Assembly: GCA_019752595.1 (NCBI GenBank)
Contig: JAIELV010000001.1
Coordinates: 312,486 to 376,485 of the forward strand
From: Patescibacteria group bacterium
GTDB taxonomy: Bacteria; Patescibacteriota; Minisyncoccia; Phycocordibacterales; Phycocordibacteraceae
Length of the DNA stretch: 64,000 bases
Direction of reading: 5' to 3'
In this document: in pieces, positions 47,062-57,590 of the stretch
Position numbering within the stretch: position 1 is the first letter of the stretch
Layout of the letters: each line of letters starts with the position of its first letter
Made by a program: the position numbers and the translations under genes
The notes under the pieces: generated by a model
What the model saw: the letters and a program-made list of their open reading frames with translations, nothing else
Database searches by the model: none
Told to the model about the DNA's origin: nothing

Positions 47062-48672
47062 TTGAGTCAAAAGCGGAGTTACAATATACCTATGTTGTAT
47101 TTCCTCTACGCCCGCAAAAGCACCGACAACGAAGACATGCAGGTGTTATCCATCGAGGCACAACTTTCAGAGTTGCGCTCACTCGCCAAAAAGGAAGGAC
47201 TAGAAATTGCTGCCGAATTCATAGAAAAACAATCCGCCAAAATGCCCGGGCGTCCACACTTCAACGAAATGATTGAACGTGTTCGCAAAGGCGAAGCAGA
47301 AGGAATCCTGTGTTGGAAATTAGATCGTCTTGCAAGGAATCCCGTTGATAGCGGGCAAGTGTCGTGGCTTTTGCAGAGTGAAATTTTGAAACACATCCGC
47401 ACACCAGAACGCTCCTATTTTTCAGAAGATAGCGTTTTGCTTATGTCTGTTGAATTCGGCATGGCAAACCAGTACATTCGTGATTTGGCATACAACACCA
47501 AGCGTGGACTAAGAGAAAAAGCACGTCGTGGTGAGTTTCCAAGCGTTGCGCCTCTTGGGTATCAAAATAATCCGCGAACGAAAAGAATTTATGTTGATAA
47601 AAAGAAATCACTTCTCATTCGGAAAGCGTTTGAGTTGTATGCCGAAGGCAACAAACGATTAGAAGATATTTCACAATTCCTTTTTGAGAACGGCATCAAA
47701 ACCAAGGCGCAAAAACATTGGGGCAAGAGCGCGGGCGGAAAGCGCCTTGCCAAAGACGGGGCTAAGAAAATCCTCACCACAACCTTTTACTACGGCGATT
47801 TCTACTATTCCGGCGAGTGGTACAAGGGTACGCACACACCGATAATCACGAAACAGCTTTTTGACCAAGTGCAAAAAGTCATTGAGGCGCGCGGACATGT
47901 GCGCAAGAGCGCAAAGAACGACCCGCAAGCATTGTGTGGGTTACTGCGTTGCGGTTCGTGCGGCTGTTCCATAACCGCCGAAGTCATAACCAAGAAAAAG
48001 CAGAAGAATGGAATCGTACATCGGTACACCTATTACCGGTGTACGAAAAAGAGAGGTGCATGCGCCGAACCATACATCCGTGAGGAAGAACTGACGGCTC
48101 AACTTTCTCTAACACTTTCCAGTTTTGCTTTGCCCGAAAAATGGGCAAAGGAGATGTTTGCCTTGGCTGAAAAAGACGAGAGGGATTCGGGCATTTCCGC
48201 GACGGGCGCCCTGCAGGGACTGCGCGACCGAATTAGCGACATAGATTCCAAACTCGCCCGCCTTACCGACCTCTATGTTGAACAGGATATTGAGCGCGAT
48301 GCATACCTTGAACGCAAACGCTCTCTGATGTCGGAAAGGCGGTCATTGGACGAGCAAATCGTGCGTTTAGAGAAGGACGCGACAGCGTGGCTCCAACCAC
48401 TCCGTATGTGGATAAAAGACGCTGAAAACCTTAACCAAATTGCAAAATCCACGGACAAAGCCGTGCAAAAATCCTCCCTCCAAAAAATCTTCGGCTCCAA
48501 CCTGCATCTTTCCGCGCGCGAAGTTTCAGGAAATGCCTTAATGCCTTGGTCATATCTGCACGGGGGAACAGCGGGCGAAGCCCGAAATTTTGGAAGTCTT
48601 CCTGTGGTGCGCCGGGTTGGATTCGAACCAACGGAGACCGAAGTCAGCAGATTTACAGTCTGCCCTCGTTGA
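47062..48672 (+). CDS. Large serine recombinase (resolvase/invertase catalytic domain + recombinase domain + Zn ribbon + coiled coil); true 3' end uncertain
   Basis: YARKSTDNEDMQ...SIEAQ serine-nucleophile motif and LDRLAR. CGLLRCGSCGC...YYRCTKKRGAC zinc ribbon. The open frame runs into tRNA-Tyr. Confidence 0.85.
   Translation: MSQKRSYNIPMLYFLYARKSTDNEDMQVLSIEAQLSELRSLAKKEGLEIAAEFIEKQSAKMPGRPHFNEMIERVRKGEAEGILCWKLDRLARNPVDSGQVSWLLQSEILKHIRTPERSYFSEDSVLLMSVEFGMANQYIRDLAYNTKRGLREKARRGEFPSVAPLGYQNNPRTKRIYVDKKKSLLIRKAFELYAEGNKRLEDISQFLFENGIKTKAQKHWGKSAGGKRLAKDGAKKILTTTFYYGDFYYSGEWYKGTHTPIITKQLFDQVQKVIEARGHVRKSAKNDPQALCGLLRCGSCGCSITAEVITKKKQKNGIVHRYTYYRCTKKRGACAEPYIREEELTAQLSLTLSSFALPEKWAKEMFALAEKDERDSGISATGALQGLRDRISDIDSKLARLTDLYVEQDIERDAYLERKRSLMSERRSLDEQIVRLEKDATAWLQPLRMWIKDAENLNQIAKSTDKAVQKSSLQKIFGSNLHLSAREVSGNALMPWSYLHGGTAGEARNFGSLPVVRRVGFEPTETEVSRFTVCPR
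48463..48610 (+). repeat. Right copy of the 148-bp inverted repeat; its last 6 nt are the 3' terminus of tRNA-Tyr
   Basis: Alignment with 44317-44464 as above. The repeat ends ...cttcctgtggtgc, and tggtgc is the reverse complement of tRNA-Tyr ...GCACCA. Confidence 0.75.
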
Positions 48673-48690
48673 CCACTTGAGTACCGACGC
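48605..48690 (-). tRNA. tRNA-Tyr (anticodon GUA), long variable arm, CCA encoded
   Basis: Acceptor GCGUCGG/CCGGCGC (one G-U pair), anticodon loop CUGUAAA, T-loop TTCGAAT, 3' ACCA. Confidence 0.85.
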
Positions 48691-48738
48691 AAACGGGTAT
48701 GCAGGAGCATACCCGTTTCGGGAGTGTATCACTTTTAT

Positions 48739-51432
48739 CTAGTTTTTTGAACCCGAAGCAATAGTCGCTCTGTGTGCCTTGGTCGCACGAGCGCTCTTCT
48801 TTACATCAAACACAAACTCCTTGCCCTTGAGCCCCACCGTCACTGTTCCCCCTTCCATAACGCCCTGAGACACCATAAAAGATGCAACGGGGGTCAGAAT
48901 CTTTGACTGAATCAGGCGCTTCAATGGTCGTGCACCATACTGCGGGTTATAGCCTTCCGTAGAAAGAAATTCATACACCTCGGGCTTAATCTCAAGTGTG
49001 ATGTCTTTTGTTTTCAAGCGTTCCTCCACAATCTTGACCTGCATGTCTACGATATTCTTGATAGCAGCAGGCGAAAGAATATCGAAGATAATAATTTCGT
49101 CCAAGCGGTTCAGGAACTCTGGTCGGAAGAAATCCTTCAGGCGCTCCGTCACTTTATCCTTAATCAATCCATACTGGCCTTTATCGTCGCCCTGTGTTTT
49201 CGAGAATCCGAATGTCGACATTTTGTCGATAAATTCCGCTCCGATGTTTGAAGTCAGAATAACAATCGTGTTCTTGAAGTTCACCTTTCTTCCCTTTGCA
49301 TCCGTCAGGTGTCCGTTGTCTAAAACCTGCAGAAGAATGTTAAACACCTCAGGGTGTGCTTTCTCAATTTCGTCGAACAAAACAACCGCATACGGACGGT
49401 GACGCACTTTCTCAGTCAGCGTGCCTCCTTCTTCGTGACCCACATACCCTGGCGGAGAACCAATGATTTTCGAGACGGAATGCTTCTCCATGAACTCAGA
49501 CATGTCGACACGGATAATCGCACCATCATCGTCGAACATAAATTTCGCAAGTGCTTTTGAAAGTTCTGTTTTACCAACACCTGTTGGACCTAAGAATAGG
49601 AATGAGCCTATCGGGCGGTTCGGGTCTGCAATACCCACACGTGAGCGTTTTACCGCATCTGACACGGATCTCACTGCGTCGTCCTGCCCTACCACCTGAC
49701 CTTTCAATTCTTCTTCCATTCGCGCGAGCTTTTTCGCTTCCGCTTCGAGCATGCGCGACACAGGAACTCCCGTCCACTTCGAAACCACCTGAGCAATATC
49801 AACGTCAGTTACTTCTTCTTTCAACACACGACGCGAACGCTGGAAGCGTTTCAGCTTGTTCATTTCATTCTCAAGCTCTTTCGCCAACGACGGAAGTTTG
49901 CCGTAGCGAATTTCTGCCGCGCGACCCAAATCTGCACGCGCTTCTGCTGATTCTGCTTCGCTCTTCAGCTGGTCTACCTCTTTCTTTATCTTACCGATTG
50001 CGGCAAGCACTTCTTTCTCATTCTTCCACTTCACCTCCAAATCAGCGGTCGTTTCGCGCAATTCTGCTACATCTTTTTCAATCGCCTTGATGCGCGTTTT
50101 GGTGTTTTTGCCTACGTTATCCGCTTCGTCTTTTTTGAGTGCCGCAAGTTCAATCTCAAGACGGCGAATCTTTCTGTCAGTCTCTTCGAGAAGTGGGGGC
50201 TTATTCTCAAGTGCGATTTTCATCGCAGACGCCGCCTCATCGATGAGGTCAACGGCTTTGTCAGGCAAGAAGCGGTCGGTGATGTAACGGCTGGAAAGTT
50301 CTACCGCCGCAACGATAGCGTCGTCAGTGATGCGCACGCCGTGATACAGCTCGTACTTATCGCGCAGACCGCGCAAAATAGCAACCGCATCTTCCGTTGA
50401 CGGCTCATTTACATACACAGGCTGAAAGCGGCGCGTAAGTGCGGGGTCACGTTCAATGTGTTGCTGGTACTCCTTCAGGGTCGTGGCACCGATGATGCGC
50501 ATGTCGCCGCGAGCCAAGGCGGGCTTCAGCATGTTGCTAGCGTCCATTGCACCTTCTGCGGCTCCTGCGCCCACGAGCGTGTGAATTTCGTCGACGAAGA
50601 GAATAACTTTCCCTTCGGCCTTCTCCACTTCTTTCATGATTGTCTTCAATCGCTCCTCAAACTCTCCGCGGTATTTCGTGCCCGCAATCAGAAGTCCAAG
50701 GTCGAGTGTCAAAAGTTCTTTATTTTTCAGAGATTCAGGAACGTCGCTCACCGCCATTCTCTGCGCGAGCCCTTCCGCAATTGCGGTTTTACCCACGCCC
50801 GCTTCACCGATTAAAATCGGGTTGTTTTTTGTACGACGGGAAAGTATCTGAATCACGCGGCTGATTTCTGAATCGCGACCAATGACAGGGTCCAGCTTGT
50901 TGTCCTGCGCGAGCTTGGTGAGGTTTCTGGTGTATTTGGTAAGTGTGCGCATTTTTTTCGGTTCTTGTGGCTGTGTGTCCCTGCCCTGCTTGAATTCTTG
51001 AATGACCGATACCACCGCGTTTCTGTCGACGCGAAAACGATTGAAAATTTCCGCTGACGGTCCTGGGTGCTGAAGCACGCCGAGGAACAAATGTTCAACA
51101 GACACAAATGACTCACCGAATGTGCCTGCAATTTTGACTGCCGCTTCAAGTGCCTGTGCCAAATCTGGCGTGAGGTACAACTGGTAGCTTGCTGAAAGCA
51201 CTGAACCCGCAGGAGGTGCTTCAAGTAAATCAATAACGGAATCGGTGAAAAGAACGGTGTCGACATCCAAACGCTCGAGTATCGCAACCACGGGCGATTC
51301 TTCCTGCATCAAAAGAGCGGCAATCAGGTGCAATGAAGAAACGTGATTCTGTCCACGTTCGATCGCAAGCTCGTGCGCTTTACGCACTGCTTCTTTTGCC
51401 TTCGTTGTGAAATTTCCAAATGGAGGTGGCAT
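48739..51432 (-). CDS. clpB: ATP-dependent chaperone ClpB
   Basis: Two AAA+ modules ([16 protein letters not shown]), M-domain coiled coil, Clp N-domain. Confidence 0.9.
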   Translation of the reverse strand: MPPPFGNFTTKAKEAVRKAHELAIERGQNHVSSLHLIAALLMQEESPVVAILERLDVDTVLFTDSVIDLLEAPPAGSVLSASYQLYLTPDLAQALEAAVKIAGTFGESFVSVEHLFLGVLQHPGPSAEIFNRFRVDRNAVVSVIQEFKQGRDTQPQEPKKMRTLTKYTRNLTKLAQDNKLDPVIGRDSEISRVIQILSRRTKNNPILIGEAGVGKTAIAEGLAQRMAVSDVPESLKNKELLTLDLGLLIAGTKYRGEFEERLKTIMKEVEKAEGKVILFVDEIHTLVGAGAAEGAMDASNMLKPALARGDMRIIGATTLKEYQQHIERDPALTRRFQPVYVNEPSTEDAVAILRGLRDKYELYHGVRITDDAIVAAVELSSRYITDRFLPDKAVDLIDEAASAMKIALENKPPLLEETDRKIRRLEIELAALKKDEADNVGKNTKTRIKAIEKDVAELRETTADLEVKWKNEKEVLAAIGKIKKEVDQLKSEAESAEARADLGRAAEIRYGKLPSLAKELENEMNKLKRFQRSRRVLKEEVTDVDIAQVVSKWTGVPVSRMLEAEAKKLARMEEELKGQVVGQDDAVRSVSDAVKRSRVGIADPNRPIGSFLFLGPTGVGKTELSKALAKFMFDDDGAIIRVDMSEFMEKHSVSKIIGSPPGYVGHEEGGTLTEKVRHRPYAVVLFDEIEKAHPEVFNILLQVLDNGHLTDAKGRKVNFKNTIVILTSNIGAEFIDKMSTFGFSKTQGDDKGQYGLIKDKVTERLKDFFRPEFLNRLDEIIIFDILSPAAIKNIVDMQVKIVEERLKTKDITLEIKPEVYEFLSTEGYNPQYGARPLKRLIQSKILTPVASFMVSQGVMEGGTVTVGLKGKEFVFDVKKSARATKAHRATIASGSKN

Positions 51433-51488
51433 ACCTCTAGTATACCAAAAAGCCTGAAAAAAGTTTCAAGTGCAGATATACGTACAAA

Positions 51489-52307
51489 CTACCGTGCAGG
51501 AGTTGATGTCGCCGCGGGCGCTGTAAACAGAAGGGCTATGTCGGAAGCGGATACAAAAGAGCCTGCGGGAGTCATGTATGTTGAAATACCGATAAAATCC
51601 CCAAAGATATTTACGAGGGGTGTACCAGGAACTAGTGTTCCAGCGATATTGGTATCAATAGTCCGCACACCTACAACTGTTTTGTCTTTCTTTGTAACAT
51701 CCACAAGCGGGGTTCGAGAAGAGACCGCACCTATTTGCACACGCTCATTTGTCACCGACAAAAGCCCTATAGCCGTCTGCCCCAGCTTCAGAGAATCAGT
51801 TGCCCCAACCATAAAGCCACCTTTCAAAGATTCTTTTGTGTCTTTCGGTACCAAAAGCGCAACACCAATTTCAGGATACTCCGCTTGTACCGAATAGACA
51901 GCAGAAACGCCACCGACAGTTATCAAGTGATCGCCGTCAACCACCGAAGAATCTGAAATGACACCCAGCGAAGTTACCGCGGCAAGACCAACGATTGAGG
52001 AAGATGTTGCGACACCGCCATATACTCGAGCCGTTTTTGCAAACGATTCAGAAATCGACTTCGTGATAAGGTCTTCTTCTTTTACCACCACGGTCGTTTC
52101 TTTAATCGTGACGGACGGCTTGGAATCGGTAGCTGGCAATACCGTTTCTACGGTTCTTTCAACAATCTGATTCACCGTGTTCGTAACCGAAGCAGGCGCC
52201 TGCGCCAAGAGTGAGACCGTCACAATACCTGTTGCAATAGATGTGACGAACGACACCAAGAGCGCCAACAGAATGATTTGCGTTGTCGAGAGATCCTCTA
52301 TATCCAT
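51489..52307 (-). CDS. Membrane-anchored trypsin-like (HtrA-like) domain protein; catalytic Ser not evident
   Basis: VVDGDHLITVGG and TPLVNIFGDFIGIST resemble HtrA His and Ser-region motifs, but GNSGG is replaced by AGTLVPG. Confidence 0.4.
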   Translation of the reverse strand: MDIEDLSTTQIILLALLVSFVTSIATGIVTVSLLAQAPASVTNTVNQIVERTVETVLPATDSKPSVTIKETTVVVKEEDLITKSISESFAKTARVYGGVATSSSIVGLAAVTSLGVISDSSVVDGDHLITVGGVSAVYSVQAEYPEIGVALLVPKDTKESLKGGFMVGATDSLKLGQTAIGLLSVTNERVQIGAVSSRTPLVDVTKKDKTVVGVRTIDTNIAGTLVPGTPLVNIFGDFIGISTYMTPAGSFVSASDIALLFTAPAATSTPAR

Positions 52308-52528
52308 GCAGGAATTGTACACCTTCCGTGAACGTGCGCCATGCATGCCGTTCATATAATAAAAAACGCGCACCACGCGCGCGCAAAAACACTTTCAAGA
52401 ACACATTTTAAAATTGAACCGTCCTAATTTCTTACTTTAAAAACGCGAGTATCAAAAATAGGACGATTGCACTTTGTATTACAGTTGGAATCGTCATATC
52501 GGAATGGTACCACGCTTGTCAAGTCCTG

Positions 52529-53737
52529 TCAACCAGCACCCTGTGAATTTCGAAGGACTTTCTTCAAGGCCCTAACCGCCTCAGCCAATTCCCACTCTTC
52601 GGTTTCGGGTCCTAGAGAAAATCGTATAGTTCCCTTCGAAAGCCCTGAATCCCCCGTCAATTCTTGCACCACATGTGAATATCCGCCCCCCGAGCCACCA
52701 CACGCCGAGCGGGGTGTTACTGAAATGCCCTCCTTATCCATAAGGACGGCGAGGTATTCCCCATCAACATTGGGAATAGTAAACAACGCGTTGTTGGCAA
52801 TTCTCCGTTTTGGATGCCCAACCAGTTTTGCCTCAGGAATTTCTTTCAAAAGCTTTTCAATAAACCAGTCACGAAGCGCTCGCACGCGCTCCTCACGTCG
52901 CACCCGATGTTCTTTTGCAGTTTTAAACGCAAGCGCGGCGCCAATAATCCCAGGCACGTTTTCCGTGCCTGGGCGCACACCCCGCTCCTGAGTACCTCCG
53001 CCCATAATCGCTGCAATCGGAACTGAAAAATCTCGATATAACACACCAATTCCTTTCGGTCCTTGTATTTTCTGTGCATCATACGAAACTAAATCCGCAT
53101 GAAGTGTGTGAGGAGCAGCGTCGAGGTAGAGCGGTGATTGTGCGGCGTCAGTGTGCAAAACGGGCAAAGAAAATTCGGGCACGCTTTCTTTGTGTTTCGA
53201 GACGTTGCGGTCTTTGTACCTTTGCAGTGTATGTGCGATTTCTCCTATGGGTGACACTGAACCTGTTTCAGAATTCACATGCGCGATACTGACGAGTACT
53301 GTTTCGGGCGTGAGAACATCAAGTACTGAATCAGGTGTAATGATTCCGTCGAACGCAGGCTTGATATAGGTCGCACGAACTCCTAATTCCTCTGCAAGTG
53401 CACAGGCTTCAAGAATAGATGCGTGCTCAATAGTTGATGTCACGATGTGCATATCAGCGTATGCAATTCCCCGATTTTTAAGTGCACGCAACACGCCACG
53501 GATGGCAAGGTTATTTGATTCAGTTCCGCCAGAAGTAAACACCAGCTCTTCAGGTTTTACAGAAAGCGCGCGGGCGGTTTCTGTACGTGCGCTTTGAAGT
53601 GCGTCATGCGCGCGCCGCCCCTCTTCATGGGTTGCACTCGGATTTCCACTCACTTCTTCAAGTGCGGTATAGACGGCGCGCGCCACAGCGGGCAGAACGG
53701 GCGTTGCGGACGCAAAATCTAAATAAATTCTCCTCAT
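52529..53737 (-). CDS. Cysteine desulfurase (class V aminotransferase, IscS/NifS-like)
   Basis: Start at MRRIYLDFASATP. PLP-lysine motif SYDAQKIQGPKGIG. Confidence 0.85.
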   Translation of the reverse strand: MRRIYLDFASATPVLPAVARAVYTALEEVSGNPSATHEEGRRAHDALQSARTETARALSVKPEELVFTSGGTESNNLAIRGVLRALKNRGIAYADMHIVTSTIEHASILEACALAEELGVRATYIKPAFDGIITPDSVLDVLTPETVLVSIAHVNSETGSVSPIGEIAHTLQRYKDRNVSKHKESVPEFSLPVLHTDAAQSPLYLDAAPHTLHADLVSYDAQKIQGPKGIGVLYRDFSVPIAAIMGGGTQERGVRPGTENVPGIIGAALAFKTAKEHRVRREERVRALRDWFIEKLLKEIPEAKLVGHPKRRIANNALFTIPNVDGEYLAVLMDKEGISVTPRSACGGSGGGYSHVVQELTGDSGLSKGTIRFSLGPETEEWELAEAVRALKKVLRNSQGAG

Positions 53738-53780
53738 GTACCTGTGGAGTACATTGAAACACACTTGCTATACTTCAGCG

Positions 53781-54275
53781 ATGGAGAACATCGGGTTTAT
53801 TCAGTTTTTTCTTGCAGATGTCGTCGCACATCCACTTACCACCATACTCGCAGTCTTTTCATTTATTTTACTTATTGCTGTTGTATGGCTCGCCCACCGC
53901 ATAGATGTACTTACTCGCGGTGGCGATGGAAAATCAATTGAAAGCACGCTTACTGCACTTTCTCTACGCGTAGAAAAATTAGAGCGCCATGCGAGCGCAG
54001 CAACTGAGGGTTTGAAAAATCACGAAGAGCGAATACAGCGCGCAGTCTCGGGCGTTTCAGTAAAACGCTTTGATCCATTCCAAAATGCAGGTGGCCAGCA
54101 GAGCTTCGCATCTGCACTTTTGAACGAAAACGGCGACGGTGTGGTGTTGTCTGGTATCCATTCAAGAGACGGCGTCCGTGTGTACGCAAAGGAAGTGAAA
54201 AAGTTTGCGTCTGAACGCGAACTTTCGGAAGAAGAAACTGGTGCAATCGCCGACACGAAAGCAAAACTCGGCTAA
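53781..54275 (+). CDS. DUF4446 family protein
   Basis: N-terminal TM. RFDPFQNAGGQQSFASALLNENGDGVVLSGIHSRDGVRVYAK matches the DUF4446 core. Confidence 0.6.
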   Translation: MENIGFIQFFLADVVAHPLTTILAVFSFILLIAVVWLAHRIDVLTRGGDGKSIESTLTALSLRVEKLERHASAATEGLKNHEERIQRAVSGVSVKRFDPFQNAGGQQSFASALLNENGDGVVLSGIHSRDGVRVYAKEVKKFASERELSEEETGAIADTKAKLG

Positions 54276-54886
54276 TCTTCACGAGATTGACGGGGAGCGG
54301 ATTTCTTTTTGCGCGATCGATAGAGACGCATATAATCCCGATGCCCTTCAGGTCCGAGTGTTGAGACTTTCCCTGGACTCAAATCTCCCCATTTTTCACG
54401 AAACGCTTCCTCCTCTCTCCCTTCCCACGGGTTCCTAATTACTTTAGGCATAACCTCCTCAATGCCGTGGTAGCGACAATAATTTACAAAGTTCGGATCA
54501 ACTCTCTGCACCTGACCTATTGTTTTACCGTTATGTACAAGCCGATAATATTCCTCAGGATCTCCATACGGTCGGTAATGCTCCACAATTGAGAGAAGGC
54601 CGTTTTTCTTAAAAAAATTGTACATTTCTCTTTCTTCCTGATCTCCATATCGAAGTTGTTTAGGAGTTGGCCGTTTTCCAGACTCTAATGCGTTGTATGC
54701 GCGAACTAATCGGACAATCTCCTTCAACTCTCCGTAGACACCCCCTTCGCGTGCGGTTGCAATAAGTCTTGGATTTATTCTCTCGAGTGTAGCTATGTCC
54801 ATACCTAAGTATTTCCGTTTGTAGACACCGAGAACTTGAGTCCCAGACTTTCTCGTATTTAACTCGCGTGTTCCTCTTTCAACCAT
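54272..54886 (-). CDS. Hypothetical protein
   Basis: 205 aa from the internal M. No motif recognised. Confidence 0.4.
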   Translation of the reverse strand: MVERGTRELNTRKSGTQVLGVYKRKYLGMDIATLERINPRLIATAREGGVYGELKEIVRLVRAYNALESGKRPTPKQLRYGDQEEREMYNFFKKNGLLSIVEHYRPYGDPEEYYRLVHNGKTIGQVQRVDPNFVNYCRYHGIEEVMPKVIRNPWEGREEEAFREKWGDLSPGKVSTLGPEGHRDYMRLYRSRKKKSAPRQSRED

Positions 54887-54952
54887 TCTTTTAGTATAGG
54901 GTCTTGAAAAATTATTTGCTAACAACGTCAATTCGTGGTTTTCTGCTGTGTA

Positions 54953-56446
54953 ATGGCTGAAAACGGCAACATCTGCAAACAACCTGTAGTCGCTATCGTT
55001 GGACACATTGACCACGGCAAGACGACGTTGTTGGACTACATCAGAAAATCATCTGTAGCCGCAAAAGAAACAGGCGGTATTACTCAGCGCGTATCTGCAT
55101 ACGAAGTCACTCACACAGGTGCTGAAGGCACTCGCATGATGACCTTTATAGACACTCCAGGCCACGAAGCGTTCCAAAAGATGCGAGTGCGCGCAGGCTC
55201 TGCGGCTGATATCGCCATTCTTATAGTTGCAGCTGACGACGGTGTAAAACCACAGACACAGGAAGCATACAAAGCAATTCAGAATGCAAAGATTCCTTTT
55301 ATTGTCGCTTTCACAAAAATAGACAAAGACACCGCAAACGTCGAGAAGGCAAAAGAATCGGTCATGCGCGAGGGAATTTACCTTGAAGGCTTGGGTGGCG
55401 AAATTCCTTTTGCACAAATCTCAGGTAAGACAGGCGCAGGCGTACCAGAACTCCTCGACCTCATCGCACTTGTTTCAGATGTGAACGCGATAACCTGCGA
55501 CTCTGAAAAACCCGTAGAAGCAATTGTTATTGAGTCATCACGTGATCCGAAAATCGGCATTGCCGCAACGGTTATTATCCGCCAAGGAACTATTGAAACA
55601 GGCGGATTTGCCGTTACTGGAAAAGCATTCGCCCCACTTCGTGTTCTTGAAGATTTCGCAGGTAACAAAGTAACTTCTATCCGTTGCGGAAAACCTGCAC
55701 GCATCACTGGTTTTACAGAAGAGCCGAAAGTGGGTTCCTTGGTCACAACGGTGAAGACAAAGAAAGACGCAGAAAATGCAGTTTCGGATGCACTGAGAAA
55801 TGCTTCGGTAAAACAAGGGGCGTACGCAGATGAATCAAAATTCGTAGTGCGGTTAATTCTAAAAGCAGATACCGCGGGCTCGCTTGAAGCACTTGAACAT
55901 GAAGTGGCGAAAATATCTCACGAACGTGTTTCAATTCTCACCGTCCTCTCTGGTGTTGGTTCAATTACCGAAAGCGACATAAAACCCGTCATCGGTTTTT
56001 CTCCTTCCCTGATTTTAGGCTTCAACGTGAAAGCTGAAGGAAGCGCGAAAGACCTTGCAGAACGTCAGCACATCACTCTTGAAACCCGCTCTATCATTTA
56101 CGAACTTGCTGACTGGCTCAAAGAAAAAATACTCGAACTCGCACCACCTGAAGAAACAAAACCTGGAGTAGCGCAAATTATTAAGCACTTCTCAACCTCG
56201 GGCTCAAAGCAGGTCATCGGCGGTCGCGTAACGGAAGGAATACTTTACCGCGACGACCGCGTAACAATTATGAGAAGAGGTATCGAGGTGGGCCCAGGAA
56301 AAATAATTAACCTCCAATCGCACAAAGCGGATGTGGGAAGCGTACCTGAAGGAGAAGAATTTGGTGCACAGATAGAAACGAAAGCAGACATTATCGCCAA
56401 CGACGTAATTGTCGCCCAGAAGAAAAACATCAATGATAAAAGATGA
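54953..56446 (+). CDS. infB: Translation initiation factor IF-2 (N-terminally short form)
   Basis: G domain [29 protein letters not shown], and the C-terminal beta-barrels. Confidence 0.85.
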   Translation: MAENGNICKQPVVAIVGHIDHGKTTLLDYIRKSSVAAKETGGITQRVSAYEVTHTGAEGTRMMTFIDTPGHEAFQKMRVRAGSAADIAILIVAADDGVKPQTQEAYKAIQNAKIPFIVAFTKIDKDTANVEKAKESVMREGIYLEGLGGEIPFAQISGKTGAGVPELLDLIALVSDVNAITCDSEKPVEAIVIESSRDPKIGIAATVIIRQGTIETGGFAVTGKAFAPLRVLEDFAGNKVTSIRCGKPARITGFTEEPKVGSLVTTVKTKKDAENAVSDALRNASVKQGAYADESKFVVRLILKADTAGSLEALEHEVAKISHERVSILTVLSGVGSITESDIKPVIGFSPSLILGFNVKAEGSAKDLAERQHITLETRSIIYELADWLKEKILELAPPEETKPGVAQIIKHFSTSGSKQVIGGRVTEGILYRDDRVTIMRRGIEVGPGKIINLQSHKADVGSVPEGEEFGAQIETKADIIANDVIVAQKKNINDKR

Positions 56447-56744
56447 TCGCATTCTCTCGGCTATTCATACCGCCGCAGCGGAGTTTATAAACCGCGAGTC
56501 AAATCGCCGTTCATTAGTCACCGTAACGAGAGTTGGTTTCCTCGATGAGAAAAACGTACAGATTTTTATTTCTGTATTTCCCCAGAAAGACTTACATGCC
56601 GTGATGGATTTTCTAGGGAGACAGGAAAAAGAATTCCTCGTGTATCTGAAAAAAACCGTCAAACTGCATTTTGTGCCCAGAATGCGCTTTCTCCCTGACC
56701 CTGACATGGGACTACCACCCCCAGCGCCCGTTGAGGAAAAGTAG
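56433..56744 (+). CDS. rbfA: Ribosome-binding factor A
   Basis: Start [13 protein letters not shown]-like RbfA pattern. Overlaps the infB stop by 14 nt. Confidence 0.75.
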   Translation: MIKDDRILSAIHTAAAEFINRESNRRSLVTVTRVGFLDEKNVQIFISVFPQKDLHAVMDFLGRQEKEFLVYLKKTVKLHFVPRMRFLPDPDMGLPPPAPVEEK

Positions 56745-56837
56745 TTTCACCTGCAATCTAGATCTGATAAGGATTTAATACGTCATCCGTACCCTTGAGA
56801 AATTGCAGTACACATTGTTACCACCTATAATTTTAGC

Positions 56838-57566
56838 GTGGGTGTACGCTATTCATTCAATGAGCATTTCTTTGATAATTGGAATAAAGAAATGGCATAC
56901 GTATTAGGATATATCTTCGCAGACGGAAGCCTTGAATGCTCGCCGCGTATACGAGCACACTACCTACGGATTACCAGTATTGATTTAGAAAGAATTGTTG
57001 CCTTTAAGAAACTCCTTGCGTCTAGCCACACCATTACCAAAACGAAACCTCCCGTTGGGGAAACACAATACATGCTCCGCATTGGTAGTAAGAGGCTGTA
57101 TAAAAGCCTTCTTAGGTATAGACTCCGCCCTAGAAAATCCTTATCCGTAAAAATGCCTGAGATACCCAATCGGTTTCTGAATGATTTTGTAAGGGGATAT
57201 TTTGATGGCGATGGTTGTGTATATATTGAAAAAGCGAGGGGTGAAAAAGGAGGTAAAATTTTGAAAGGAATGCGTGTAATTTTTACAAGTGGAAGTAAAA
57301 AATTTCTTGAAGCTTTGGAGAAAAAAATTTGTGAACGGGCGGGTATAAAAAAGAAAAAAGTCACAGTAGCGCGAAGAAGTTTTCAGTTACGATACAGCAC
57401 CGACGACGGAGTTACGTTATTCAAGTTTTTATATAGAGATGTTAGTGGTATGTGCTATATGAAAAGGAAGTTGGCAAAGTTTAATGAATACTTTAAGCTT
57501 CGCCCAAAGCGCATTGATTCCGAAGTGAAATACGTATTAGAATGCGTAAACGGCACGGTACATTAA
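56838..57566 (+). CDS. Free-standing LAGLIDADG homing endonuclease (two-motif, monomeric type)
   Basis: Motifs LGYIFADGS and VRGYFDGDGCV, each followed by the expected basic-rich DNA-binding saddle regions. Confidence 0.8.
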   Translation: MGVRYSFNEHFFDNWNKEMAYVLGYIFADGSLECSPRIRAHYLRITSIDLERIVAFKKLLASSHTITKTKPPVGETQYMLRIGSKRLYKSLLRYRLRPRKSLSVKMPEIPNRFLNDFVRGYFDGDGCVYIEKARGEKGGKILKGMRVIFTSGSKKFLEALEKKICERAGIKKKKVTVARRSFQLRYSTDDGVTLFKFLYRDVSGMCYMKRKLAKFNEYFKLRPKRIDSEVKYVLECVNGTVH

Positions 57567-57590
57567 TTTTGTCTTGCCTACTCTGTCCAT

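Noticed and set aside
56745-57590. Group I intron hosting the LAGLIDADG ORF inside a tRNA
   Set aside because: No tRNA or rRNA exon halves flank the ORF. tRNA-Cys downstream is intact and uninterrupted, and the upstream neighbour is rbfA.
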